From contig OZ244780.1 of NCBI GenBank assembly GCA_965219565.1, forward strand, positions 1,346,146-1,410,145: a stretch of DNA of 64,000 bases. The letters run 5' to 3'. This document shows positions 53,125 to 62,599 of this stretch, in pieces (positions within the stretch are counted from its first letter, which is position 1; each line of letters begins with the position of its first letter). The notes beneath the pieces are model-generated. The model saw only the letters and a list, made by a program, of their open reading frames with translations, did no database searches and had not been told where the DNA came from. The position numbers and the translations under genes were made by a program. Origin of the DNA: Dehalococcoidia bacterium (GTDB lineage Bacteria > Chloroflexota > Dehalococcoidia > Lucifugimonadales > JAGWBF01).

Positions 53125-54491
53125 TTACCCGCGCCGACATAAACGACCGCGTTCGCCTCTGGGGACTTCGTGAGGACGTAGTTGAGAAAGACTATGTTCT
53201 CGGCTGGGTCCTCTGGGGCATAGGCACGGATCAACAGCTGGATCGTTCTTGGGTGTTCAAAGGGGGAACATGCCTGAAGAAATGCTACATCGAGACTTAC
53301 CGATTCTCGGAGGACCTTGACTTCACGGTGCTCGAAGATGGGCCTATTGAGCAGGCTGAGGTGCTTGAGGCAATCTCCCGTGTTCTGGATCGGGTAAACC
53401 AGGAGTCCGGTATTGATTTTGCGCTGATGCCTCCCGCTTATCAGAGTCGGCCCCTGGGTCCTTCGGCCGAAGTGCGTGTCTACTATCGGGGGCCCCGAAA
53501 CACTCCCGGCCCGGCAAGGATCAAGTTCGACCTCACAATGGACGAGAAGGTGGTGTGTCCGCCAGTCCTGAGGTCGGTCAGCCATGACTACACCGATGCG
53601 TTGCCCCCGCCAGGGCAGGTCCGCTGCTACAGCTTTGAGGAAGTCTTCGCAGAGAAGCTGCGGGCCATGGGGGAACGTTCCCGCCCGCGGGACCTATACG
53701 ACATAGTCAACCTCTTCCGCCGGCCTGACTTCCGCCCCTATGCCGGTCTCGTCCTCGAGGTTCTCAAGCAGAAGTGCGAGTCCAAAGGCGTATCCGTGCC
53801 CTCAGCCGAGGCTATTAGCGAGTCGCCGATGTTCGAGGAACTGAAGAGCGAGTGGGAGAACATGCTCGCGCACCAGTTGCGAGCCCTGCCGGCGTTTGAC
53901 CACTTCTGGGCCGAGGTGCCGCGCATTTTCGCCTGGCTCAATGGTGCCGAACTAGCTGACGAGCTCGAACTCTGGCCTCTTGCCGAAGGCGAAGAATTTT
54001 GGGAACCACCTCATACATTCTGGACGTCGGGCCAGGGGAGTCGTCTGGAGCCTGTACGGTTCGCTGCGGTCAACCGCCTGCTCGTAAACCTCGGCTACCG
54101 TCAACAACACCGACTGATTGAGCCGTATTCTCTGAGGCAGACGGGGGAAGGTAACATCCTCCTGCACGCCATCCGTGCAGATGGTGGAGGGAATAGGGCA
54201 TACCGGGTTGATCGCATTGAGTCCGCAGAGGTAACGACTCACCCCTTTACACCACGGTTCCTGGTCGAATTCCCTGCATCGGGAACGGTTCCTGCGCCAC
54301 CCTCTCCGAGGCGACACGTCTCGCGGAGCGCAGGGGTGAGGCGATCGAACCGCCCGGAGTATGTCGTCCTCTGCGTTCTTTGCGAGAAGCGATTCCGACG
54401 CACCCGCCGGAGCACGCAACTGCGGCCACATAAAGATCCCAGCGGCTGGGACTGCCCAGGAAGGTCAGGTTACATGGAGAGTGTCGGATAG
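53121..54491 (+). CDS. abiEii: AbiEii/AbiGii nucleotidyltransferase toxin with WYL-like and Cys/His C-terminal extension
   Basis: GTG overlaps the TGA of abiEi. EKDYVLGWVL...FKGGTCLKKCY...RFSEDLDF is the DUF1814 core. The C-terminal LIEPYSLRQTGEGNILLHAIRADGGGNRAYRVDRIESAEV is WYL-like and is followed by CVLCEKRF...HKDPSGWDC. Confidence 0.75.
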   Translation: MITRADINDRVRLWGLREDVVEKDYVLGWVLWGIGTDQQLDRSWVFKGGTCLKKCYIETYRFSEDLDFTVLEDGPIEQAEVLEAISRVLDRVNQESGIDFALMPPAYQSRPLGPSAEVRVYYRGPRNTPGPARIKFDLTMDEKVVCPPVLRSVSHDYTDALPPPGQVRCYSFEEVFAEKLRAMGERSRPRDLYDIVNLFRRPDFRPYAGLVLEVLKQKCESKGVSVPSAEAISESPMFEELKSEWENMLAHQLRALPAFDHFWAEVPRIFAWLNGAELADELELWPLAEGEEFWEPPHTFWTSGQGSRLEPVRFAAVNRLLVNLGYRQQHRLIEPYSLRQTGEGNILLHAIRADGGGNRAYRVDRIESAEVTTHPFTPRFLVEFPASGTVPAPPSPRRHVSRSAGVRRSNRPEYVVLCVLCEKRFRRTRRSTQLRPHKDPSGWDCPGRSGYMESVG

Positions 54492-54651
54492 CTCCCCTGG
54501 AGTGGAACCTCCGGTAGGCTAAAAGATTGGCAGCGTGCAACCATCGTTTACGCGAGATCGTCCAAACGGTATCGCCGAAAGACCAATTCCAGATGACCTA
54601 CATTAAAGAGAAGTCACTCGTCATTTTCGCCAGACCGGATGGAGAACTAGG

Positions 54652-56136
54652 ATGAGCGAGGTCTACAGGTCCAGAAGCACCAAACAGCTGTTGGAAGAAC
54701 CGTACCAGGAACTTCAACGCCAGAGTATCTACTTTGCTAGCCCTGAGCAGCTGAATGATCCCATGGAGGGCTTTCATGATTTTGTTTGGAGCGGAGACAA
54801 GATTGTTTGGACAAATCTATTCAAGCACTACCTGCACTGTCTTCATTGGGCCTATCTACTTGTGACAATCTCTGGAGACGAGATCGCATTTGAAACTGAT
54901 CAAATTCCTATAGCGGGCCGGTGGGATGAACCGCTGACTACTCAGATGAGTGAATTGTTCAGTGAGATATGGAATAGAATATGCGATGAGCTTAGGCTCC
55001 CAGACTTAGTCAAAAAGATAGCAACCACTAGGGGTAAGGTTAGACACAATGAGCTTTTATTCTATCTCGACTGTATGCACCTTCAGGCTATAGAAAGAAT
55101 TCAAGAGGTATATGTTGAGCGTGGACTCGCACCGGAGGCGGAGAGACAACAGGATGAGAGGACCCTTAGTGAGTTCCTCTTAGCTGGCAGCAATTTCTTT
55201 GAGCTAATACCGCAGGTAGAAGCAGAGCATGAGAATTTCTCTGACGTTATGTTCTCGATCTCATATCAAATGAGAGTTGGGCAGCGACTCAGACACAGGT
55301 ACAATCTCCGCTACGCGTCGTCTGAAACATCTCAGCGCAATAGGCAGTTTCTGCTACTTGACTTCCCAACCATCTATGTGGAGCAACTTCATAAGCTCCT
55401 TTGGCCCCAATGGTATGCTGCTTGCTTTGCCCGGAGCTTTAACAACTCTTCATTATGGGCAAACTATGCGAATAGTCATAAGGGCATATGCTTGATCTTC
55501 GATGCCGTCGAAACTAACGACGCGAGCACATTGGAACTGGAACATGTAACAGGCTGGAGCTCCGACGTCAGGAGTGGGAGCAATGAACATTGGGATTTTG
55601 CACCATTGTCATTTCAAGACGTCAGCTACTCCGCTAGGCCCGGTGAGATTGACTTCTTTCGGAATATCGGTATGCTGCCGATATCCGCACTCATGAAGCT
55701 GTGGTATGCCGATGAAGCAGGCAACATCTCTGAATGTGCGTCTCACGTTAAACCTGAGATGGATCTAGGACCTTGGCGTAAGGAACATTGGGCAGACTAT
55801 GAGCGAGATATCATACTCAAGAGTAGAGATTGGGAGCATGAGCAAGAGTGTCGCCTAGTCCTACATGGACTGCTAGAAGATTCGTTAGACGACCGTCGTC
55901 GTACGCTGAAATACGGTTTCCATTCGCTAAAAGGCATCATTTTTGGAATTAGAACTTCCGAAGAAGATAAGATAAAGATCATTGAGGTACTTTATAGGAA
56001 GTGCCAGGAAAACAATCGTGCTGACTTCAAGTTTTTCCAAGCATACTATTCCCCAGAGCACGGGGATATTCGGGAACATGAGATCTCGCTGAAGTTTGCC
56101 GACCTTAGCGAGGCCGGCAATAGTACTTCCGCCTAG
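54652..56136 (+). CDS. DUF2971-family protein
   Basis: IYFASPEQLNDPMEG and SLWANYANSHKGICLIF match the DUF2971 signature. GC is visibly lower than in the neighbours. Confidence 0.6.
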   Translation: MSEVYRSRSTKQLLEEPYQELQRQSIYFASPEQLNDPMEGFHDFVWSGDKIVWTNLFKHYLHCLHWAYLLVTISGDEIAFETDQIPIAGRWDEPLTTQMSELFSEIWNRICDELRLPDLVKKIATTRGKVRHNELLFYLDCMHLQAIERIQEVYVERGLAPEAERQQDERTLSEFLLAGSNFFELIPQVEAEHENFSDVMFSISYQMRVGQRLRHRYNLRYASSETSQRNRQFLLLDFPTIYVEQLHKLLWPQWYAACFARSFNNSSLWANYANSHKGICLIFDAVETNDASTLELEHVTGWSSDVRSGSNEHWDFAPLSFQDVSYSARPGEIDFFRNIGMLPISALMKLWYADEAGNISECASHVKPEMDLGPWRKEHWADYERDIILKSRDWEHEQECRLVLHGLLEDSLDDRRRTLKYGFHSLKGIIFGIRTSEEDKIKIIEVLYRKCQENNRADFKFFQAYYSPEHGDIREHEISLKFADLSEAGNSTSA

Positions 56137-56272
56137 GATCATGTGACTTCCGTCCAATTCGACCTTGGCATCCTCGTTCCTCGGCGACGGTGTGCTGTAC
56201 ACCAGGCCGACCCGGCACAATCAATGCTTTACACCGCAAGCCTTGATGATGGTCCGGCACCATTGCCTCCTC

Positions 56273-56410
56273 CTTCGGCATCCGGTAGCCGCCACGGGGC
56301 TCGGTGAAGATGTAGGTAGGTTTGTCTGCGTCGTCGCTCAAGTTCCGGCGGAGGGTGCTTATGACGGTTCGCATGGGCCAAACGTCCGCGTCGAGATTCG
56401 TGTCCCACAC
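56273..56410 (-). pseudogene. Fragment of an OmpR-type winged-helix (trans_reg_C) domain
   Basis: VWDTNLDADVWPMRTVISTLRRNLSDDADKPTYIFTEPRGGYRM. No receiver or other N-terminal domain is attached. Confidence 0.55.
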
Positions 56411-56418
56411 CCTTGTAA

Positions 56419-56940
56419 CAGACAGTCATAGGTCACCACTCGCCCGGCGTTTGCGCCGGTATCGACCCTCTCGATTCTCAGGAGAGCGAAGGGTTGGAGG
56501 AGCAGATCTCCCAGGCTGAGCGAGACCTGCGGAGCATCCAGACCAGAGAGGAACGCGCCATGACGCTGTTCGTTTCTGGGAGGATCACCAAGCGACTTGA
56601 GAACGTCCGGTCGAAGCTGGACGATTATCGTGCCTGGACGGCGAGCGGAACTGAGAAACTGCGGCTAAAGGAGGCTGTCTTCGCATGGGCGAGGGACGTC
56701 GGCCAGGGTTTGGACGAGTTGACCCCCGAGCAGCGAAAGGAGTTTCTGCAGATGGTCGTGGAAGAGATCATCGTCCACAGCAACGACAAAGTGGACGTCG
56801 CGCTAGCTATACCCATTGGGAATGAGCCCACCAAGGACGATCCTGTTGCCGGCACACCTGAATCATCTCCAGGGGTCAGACACAACAGTTTCGGAAAACT
56901 CAGGTACTCGTGCGTGGTCGAATTGGATGCAACCGGATAG
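56419..56940 (+). pseudogene. 3' relic of a second large serine recombinase gene
   Basis: VCAGIDPLDSQESEGLEEQISQAERDLRSIQTREERAMTLFVSGRIT...LDELTPEQRKEFLQMVVEEIIVH aligns with about residues 405-535 of the intact recombinase. The catalytic and zinc-ribbon parts are absent. Confidence 0.7.
56893..56926 (+). repeat. AGGTACT-centred sequence at the end of the recombinase relic (R2)
   Basis: GGAAAACTCAGGTACTCGTGCGTGGTCGAATTGG, 28 of 34 positions identical to R1. Confidence 0.5.
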
Positions 56941-57080
56941 GCAAAGCGCATCGCTAGACGGATGTGCCCACCTGATATCCTTCCACCGGTCCTATCCTTG
57001 CCTGATGGTCGACCTTGCACGGTATGTGGTACCGACTCTTAGAGGGTGTTTCTAAACGTGTTGCCGAACTCAAACAACCT

Positions 57081-57175
57081 GTCATGCTGAGGGCGAAGCC
57101 CGAAGCATCTCCTGACCAACCAACGCTGAGGGTCGTGAGATTCTTCGCCTGCGCTCCGCTCCGGCTCAGAATGAC
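57081..57175. repeat. Imperfect long inverted repeat (REP/MITE-like)
   Basis: GTCATGCTGAGGGCGAAGCCCGAAGCATCTC ... GAGATTCTTCGCCTGCGCTCCGCTCCGGCTCAGAATGAC. Confidence 0.55.
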
Positions 57176-58104
57176 ATGCTTCGGAAACACCCTCTTAGAT
57201 ATGGTTGCACAGCCCGCGAACCTGACCTTGACGGCCGGCCATACCATCTTCCGGACTTGGCTGGGCATTCTCGGAACCGGCCAAAGCCGTGGCAAGAGTC
57301 ATGGTCGTTCGGGGCTGAGGAACGAGACCTCCCACCTGTCAGTGCGGCGCCACGGGTCTTTTGGCCAGCCTCGCAACCGCCAGTTTCGCCTCAATTCGGA
57401 TACATACTTCCGACCGAGGCCATGTGGGTATAGAGCCGGGCCTTCAAATGGCAGATCCTGTGGGTACTAGGGAAAGGAGAATCTTGGCCAGCTTCCGCAG
57501 GTCGGATCCACCTCAAGAGCGTGTCCATCAGGGCATGGAGGTAGAGATTGAAGGTCCATGTAGACGCTGGTGATCAATGTCTGGTCCACAATAAAGACAG
57601 AGACCGCCTCAGGGGCGGTCTCGACCCTACCGGCGAAGCGATAGGGGTGGTAACCAACGTTACCCAAAGCATCGGCGTATGTCAACTCAGAGAGATCGAG
57701 CCGGTCGCCAACTACCAGAGCGCAACCGACTCATAGGTCGCTATCCCGTCAGAGACTTCACTATGGGGGACATGGGAATCTCGATCCCACCTCCACGACG
57801 ATCTCCCTCCCGTCGGATACCCGTACTGGCTGAAACTGAACAGCACAGACTGATTCGTTGGCGGTCCACCAACCTCCGTGAGGCAGGGCACCCATTCATG
57901 TCCCGCAACAAGGAGGGCACACATGGACCCCCTTATAGGGTACAAGTGCTGTACAAACTTTAGGACGCTGGTCTGAGAGTACCTCAGCACGAAAGGCTGC
58001 TGTGGGATAGGGTTCACCCACTGTACAAAACCGAGAACCTTCGCTCTTTGGACAAAACCGACACGCAACAGTTAGGTGCTTGTCGACAGTCAATTTGGAG
58101 GCAG

Positions 58105-58217
58105 CCAAGTGAGGCGAAGGTGACCAGCGTCTCCTCGTCTGCCAGCGTGAACTCCTCCTCGCTCTCCCCGATGTACATGGCCCCGATGCGCTCGTCCAAG
58201 TGACGGATGGGCGCGGC
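58105..58217 (-). pseudogene. Fragment of a GAF-domain regulator
   Basis: AAPIRHLDERIGAMYIGESEEEFTLADEETLVTFAS resembles the end of GAF domains in sensor regulators. A stop lies directly upstream and the sequence diverges downstream. Confidence 0.45.
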
Positions 58218-58380
58218 TTATTTCGCTAGCCCACGGGGGCGGCTTCAAACCGTTGAACAGAAGAGGTGCGGCGGACATAGCCGGAGGCTACGTCCGGCTG
58301 AGGCCATCTAACGTCAGATACCAAGGGTCAAGCAGCGGTTCGCGTTCTTTAGGCGGCTTTGGCGAGGTTGTTCGATTCCC

Positions 58381-61300
58381 TCACTGCTGACCTCCATGCA
58401 GCTTAGCCGTTGGAAGGCCAAGAATGTAGAACGGCTCTGTGTCTCGACTGTTGGGAAACGCCAGATATCTCGAGTTCTCGGTTCGGAGCTGTTCCAGCCA
58501 AGCGCTGGTTTCGGGTAAGTCAGTTTCAATCGGCGCCATCATCCTGATGGCATCGGCCACGGTGCATCGTTTCAAGCGCCTCTGGGAGGCCGCGAGGGCG
58601 GCGTGGACGTCGTTGCCCTTCACAAGCTCTTCAACAAGAAAGCGGCCCATGACGAAGGCTACTTCCGCCGTCACCTCATTGGTCGTGGCCACTATGGCCT
58701 GCGACCGCAGCGCTTCCATAACGCAGAACCCGGCCGAACCGATCCGGGCAAACGACCGCGAATCGTCCTCATTCGGCAGGCTGATATTGCAGGAGAGAAC
58801 CATCGCGATGTTGGCCCGATGGCGGCATTTGGATAAGAACTCCCCCAGGGTCATCTCACCGTCGTTAAAATGGAAAAGAGCGATAGAGGTCGGATCATCG
58901 CTGAAGGATGTGTGCCAACTCCCAAGAAAGGCTTCCGACTTCCCATCCAGCCACACAGGCCGGTCGCTGTTATCCGGGGTACTCTGCTGAAGATTGCCGG
59001 GGTATCGCTTCCAATGCACCTCGACCTGGCCGACTGGAGGATGAGCCTCTACTGAGTGGGCCAAGCCTTCGCAAAGTATCCTGTCAGGAGAGTTTCCAGA
59101 GGCGCCGACCGCGACACCGTGACTCCCCGGGTCTTCCCTTCTGCGCTGGAACAGTCTGATCAGGTGGCTGGTGGAAACGACATTGGAGACCACCTGTTCG
59201 TCCAGACGGGTCGCCAGTTTATCCAAGAATCTCCTCACCAGCATGGGTAGCCGCCACTTTTCGTGGGTCTCCGGGTCAGTGAGCTTCCATGGCAGAAGCC
59301 GCCATCTTGGCCGCTTCAGGGACCGAAAGGGAATTGCCCAAGCGTCGCCGTCGGCGGCAATGAACAGGTTTTGGAGCTGAAAGGCGCTCCTGGGCAGGTT
59401 GCCAAGGATGCGATGGGACAAAATCATGAGAGTGGAATCTTCCAATGCCGAGCCGTCCCGACGGAGACGGCGAAGCGCGTTGTCTATGTCATATGACGGC
59501 AGTTTTTCGCGCTTCACCCCTCGCGGAGTGACAACGAAGGCGTACCAATCAGTGGGGAGTCCCCATTTCCTGCCGTTAAGCCTAACGAGCTCTATTACCG
59601 CAGCATCTGCTTTTTCCAGGTGGTATCGTATTCGCTCCAGTCCAAGACGCGAGATGCTAGCTGTGCTGGACAGATAGCCCCGTGTGTCATCCACATCTTT
59701 TTGGACTCGAGACTCCTCAATCCTGTTTTCCTCCAGTTTTTCTAACTCAATGAGAAACTCGGCCAAGAGTTCCTCCATCCGGCTGTTGAGTTCCTTATAT
59801 TCGGCGGTATCCGGCGGCGTTTTGTCGATGGCATCAACGACCTGTTGTCTCTCTGAAAGGATCGCTCTCATCCGGGCCTCTAGCTGTCCACGTTTGCCGC
59901 TAAGCTCCTCAAAAAGAGCGCGCTTCTCGGGACTTAGCGATAGCTCCGGAACAAACCCCGCCAACTCGGAGACTGCGCCTGCATGAGTAATTGTTCGGTA
60001 CCTCTGCAACTGGGCGAACACGGTCTCTTCATCAGGTGGGCTAGCATCTGCCGCAGCAAGTTCGGATATCAGGCTCAACTCCGCCACTTGGCTCCAGTTC
60101 CGGTTCCACGGGCGCCGCCAGTACCCTCCCGATGCTTTGTCAGGGCTGAAGTGCTTGCCCTGTTGCTCCCCGGCTCTGCCCCAATAGCCCGGGGTAGGAT
60201 CGTCGAGTGCATCAACGGCTTCCCTGAAGTAACCGCGCGCTCTGGCGAAATCCTGTCTGAGCATCTCAATCCGCCCCAAGGCGGCCAGAGCGCGCGGCAA
60301 TATCCGGTCCGGGGAGTCCGCCATGTTGTCCGGCTCCAATCGGGTCAGGATCTCGTGGGCCGCATCGAGATGCCCTATAGAGAGGACAGGGCATCTACTG
60401 CCCATCTCCACGTAAGCCTCTGCCAGAATTACGCGAGCGTGGTTGGAGAACCATGGCTCACCGGTGGACTCAAGGGCCTTCGCCAGCACGATCGCTCTAT
60501 CCGGCTCTGCCTCTTCAAGCCTATCCTCAGAGCCCTGTCCACTGACCAGGCCTTCCAATAGTTGAACTGCCATGCCGGCGTTCCCTTCTTCTAGTTCCTT
60601 CTCGGCCAACAAGAGATGGAACCTGGCCTTTTCTTCCAACAAACCCAGGTGTTGAGGGTGTTCGATCACCTCCCGCAGGAGCAAAAGTCCCTCCTTGAGC
60701 CCGCTCTCGCCGAGCAGCCTCCCAAGTGTCCAGACTTTGTTTGCATCTGGAAATTTCAAGCTTGCTTCGATTTCCTTCCGCGCCTGGTGGAGTTGTCCGA
60801 GTTGTGCCTGGGCACATCCACGCAGATAAGCGGTGGAACAGACAACGTCATCATCATCAGACCAGTTAGCGATGTGCCCGGCAACTCTCGCCAACTGTGA
60901 GAGCGCAGCAGAAGGGTTGCCATCATCGACCAGCCACCTAACATAAGCGAGGGAAAAAACAAGGTTGCTACGTCTTTCTATTACTTCTACATGCGCCGTG
61001 ACAGAGGGGGCAACAGTTAGGCTCCTAATCTTGGCCATTCGCCCTTGATACAGGGCGAAACTCTCGGAATAATCTCCCTGTCCCATCGAGAAATTTTTGC
61101 TTTCTTCAGCTCCGGCGCTGGTATAGCACGCCCAATATGCCCTTATGCGGAGGACGTTCGAGGCCACCGCTGACAAAATGACATCGGTCGCGCGTTCTAT
61201 CACCCAGTCTGTCATGATTGTGAAGATGGTGGGTTCGTCTTTTAGAGGATTCACGCCTAACAGGCGTTGTGTCTCGGAATGTGTCCAGGTCGCTACCGTT

Positions 61301-61809
61301 ATCATAGCCACGACCGCGGCGCGGTCTCTCCAACCTTCCTCCACGCTATCAATTAGATCGTCGAGGCGGCTCAGGATGCGACTTATGGTGGGACCTGTAC
61401 TCGCGGGGTATGAGGAGCTTTCCAGTCTCTCGATTAGCCTCGGCAAATCGGAGGCGCCATAAACAGTGCTTACCTTAGCAACGCAAGCGTAATGGTTCCC
61501 CAGAGCCAGCCAGACCGAGTTCTTTAGGCCCAGATTGGTGGCAACTTCGAGCGCGAGACGCAGCAGATTGGCTTGCTCCCACTGACTTAGCCCCTCAACG
61601 TCGGGAAACTCAGGTTCTTGCCAATGGGTAACCGCGCCGGTCGCCAAGTCCCGTACTAGGTCCTCAGTCAAGGCGGCGGCCCCCGTGCGCTCGGCCTCGG
61701 CGGCCTTGGCCCTGGTGATGTCCGCTCCGTGCAGGGCTTGCAATCCCTTGCCCTCGTGGTCTCTTGCGTGGTCTATGAGCCACCTCATGACAGCGTCCCG
61801 GTCCGCCAC
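58381..61809 (-). CDS. TPR/helical-repeat protein with C-terminal CHAT (caspase-like) domain
   Basis: 1142 aa with a GTG start one nt after the upstream stop. LFIAADGDAWAIPFRSL, LGSWHTSF (His) and IAMVLSCNIS (Cys) fit the CHAT pattern. A long helical/TPR-like N-terminal region and a coiled coil precede it. Confidence 0.65.
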   Translation of the reverse strand: MADRDAVMRWLIDHARDHEGKGLQALHGADITRAKAAEAERTGAAALTEDLVRDLATGAVTHWQEPEFPDVEGLSQWEQANLLRLALEVATNLGLKNSVWLALGNHYACVAKVSTVYGASDLPRLIERLESSSYPASTGPTISRILSRLDDLIDSVEEGWRDRAAVVAMITVATWTHSETQRLLGVNPLKDEPTIFTIMTDWVIERATDVILSAVASNVLRIRAYWACYTSAGAEESKNFSMGQGDYSESFALYQGRMAKIRSLTVAPSVTAHVEVIERRSNLVFSLAYVRWLVDDGNPSAALSQLARVAGHIANWSDDDDVVCSTAYLRGCAQAQLGQLHQARKEIEASLKFPDANKVWTLGRLLGESGLKEGLLLLREVIEHPQHLGLLEEKARFHLLLAEKELEEGNAGMAVQLLEGLVSGQGSEDRLEEAEPDRAIVLAKALESTGEPWFSNHARVILAEAYVEMGSRCPVLSIGHLDAAHEILTRLEPDNMADSPDRILPRALAALGRIEMLRQDFARARGYFREAVDALDDPTPGYWGRAGEQQGKHFSPDKASGGYWRRPWNRNWSQVAELSLISELAAADASPPDEETVFAQLQRYRTITHAGAVSELAGFVPELSLSPEKRALFEELSGKRGQLEARMRAILSERQQVVDAIDKTPPDTAEYKELNSRMEELLAEFLIELEKLEENRIEESRVQKDVDDTRGYLSSTASISRLGLERIRYHLEKADAAVIELVRLNGRKWGLPTDWYAFVVTPRGVKREKLPSYDIDNALRRLRRDGSALEDSTLMILSHRILGNLPRSAFQLQNLFIAADGDAWAIPFRSLKRPRWRLLPWKLTDPETHEKWRLPMLVRRFLDKLATRLDEQVVSNVVSTSHLIRLFQRRREDPGSHGVAVGASGNSPDRILCEGLAHSVEAHPPVGQVEVHWKRYPGNLQQSTPDNSDRPVWLDGKSEAFLGSWHTSFSDDPTSIALFHFNDGEMTLGEFLSKCRHRANIAMVLSCNISLPNEDDSRSFARIGSAGFCVMEALRSQAIVATTNEVTAEVAFVMGRFLVEELVKGNDVHAALAASQRRLKRCTVADAIRMMAPIETDLPETSAWLEQLRTENSRYLAFPNSRDTEPFYILGLPTAKLHGGQQ

Positions 61810-61810
61810 T

Positions 61811-62566
61811 TTAGCCCCTTTCGATCATCAGCTTGTCATGCGGGTCCCAGTCGATATGCCCAAACACCACCCTCCCCCGATCTAGCCGAAAAGGTCCCGC
61901 CTTTGACGGTCCGCCTCCCGCCGAGACAACACTCAGGGCCAGATTGTCCGGAACTTTCCTGCCTTCGGGCGCCTCAACGTTAACTATGAGACCGTCTTCC
62001 TGAGTCTGCCGATAACTGACCTTGCACTCGAACTCTTTGGACTTGAGTTCGCTCTCTCCTGTATTGAACCTTGGAGAATCCTCTGCAGCGTCACCCAGGG
62101 TTGCCGCTGCGTAGGCCCGGGGCGTACGGAAGATGTCTAGTGGTGCAGAAATGCGCATCACCTGGGGCCGCAGCCGGTCGAGGAACCCCTGAGGGCGCAC
62201 CACTTCCTCCACCCAGAACATGCCGCGCAGAGTGGCCTCTCGCACTCCCAAGAGCTGGCTAAGGGCGTCGAATACATCGTTGGTGATCTCTCTCCTTCGG
62301 GTGAGTCCCAGGGACATAAGCATCAGATAGTACTGGTTGAAAGGTCTGGGTCTGGCGGAGAGGGCGAACTCCCTCCAGGTCTGGTCTCGAAACTGACGCA
62401 CAGTGTTGATAAGGGTAGCCAGCCTGTCGAGCCCCAGTTGTTCATCGGGGTCTACCAAAGACTGACGTCTGGAGGCGGCCTCTCGGGCCAGCTTCACCAT
62501 CAGGTTCTCTTTGTCAGTGTCAAGAGCGCCCTTGTCTTGCGAAAACGGATTGGTTATCGAATGCAT
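61811..62566 (-). CDS. Hypothetical protein between the sigma factor and CHAT genes
   Basis: 251 aa. Helical N-terminal half and beta-rich C-terminal half. Tightly coupled to the CHAT gene. Confidence 0.55.
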   Translation of the reverse strand: MHSITNPFSQDKGALDTDKENLMVKLAREAASRRQSLVDPDEQLGLDRLATLINTVRQFRDQTWREFALSARPRPFNQYYLMLMSLGLTRRREITNDVFDALSQLLGVREATLRGMFWVEEVVRPQGFLDRLRPQVMRISAPLDIFRTPRAYAAATLGDAAEDSPRFNTGESELKSKEFECKVSYRQTQEDGLIVNVEAPEGRKVPDNLALSVVSAGGGPSKAGPFRLDRGRVVFGHIDWDPHDKLMIERG

Positions 62567-62599
62567 AGGTATGGCCTCGCTAAGAATTGTTGTTGTGCG

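Noticed and set aside
58281-58398. T-loop-like GTTCGATTCC (58370-58379) followed by ...GACCTCCA, suggesting a tRNA or tmRNA 3' fragment
   Set aside because: I could not fold a cloverleaf. The T-stem is interrupted (GAGGTTGTTCGATTCCCTC), the candidate acceptor pairs at only 5-6 of 7 positions, and the span (about 118 nt) fits neither a tRNA nor a tmRNA. It also overlaps the CHAT gene stop.
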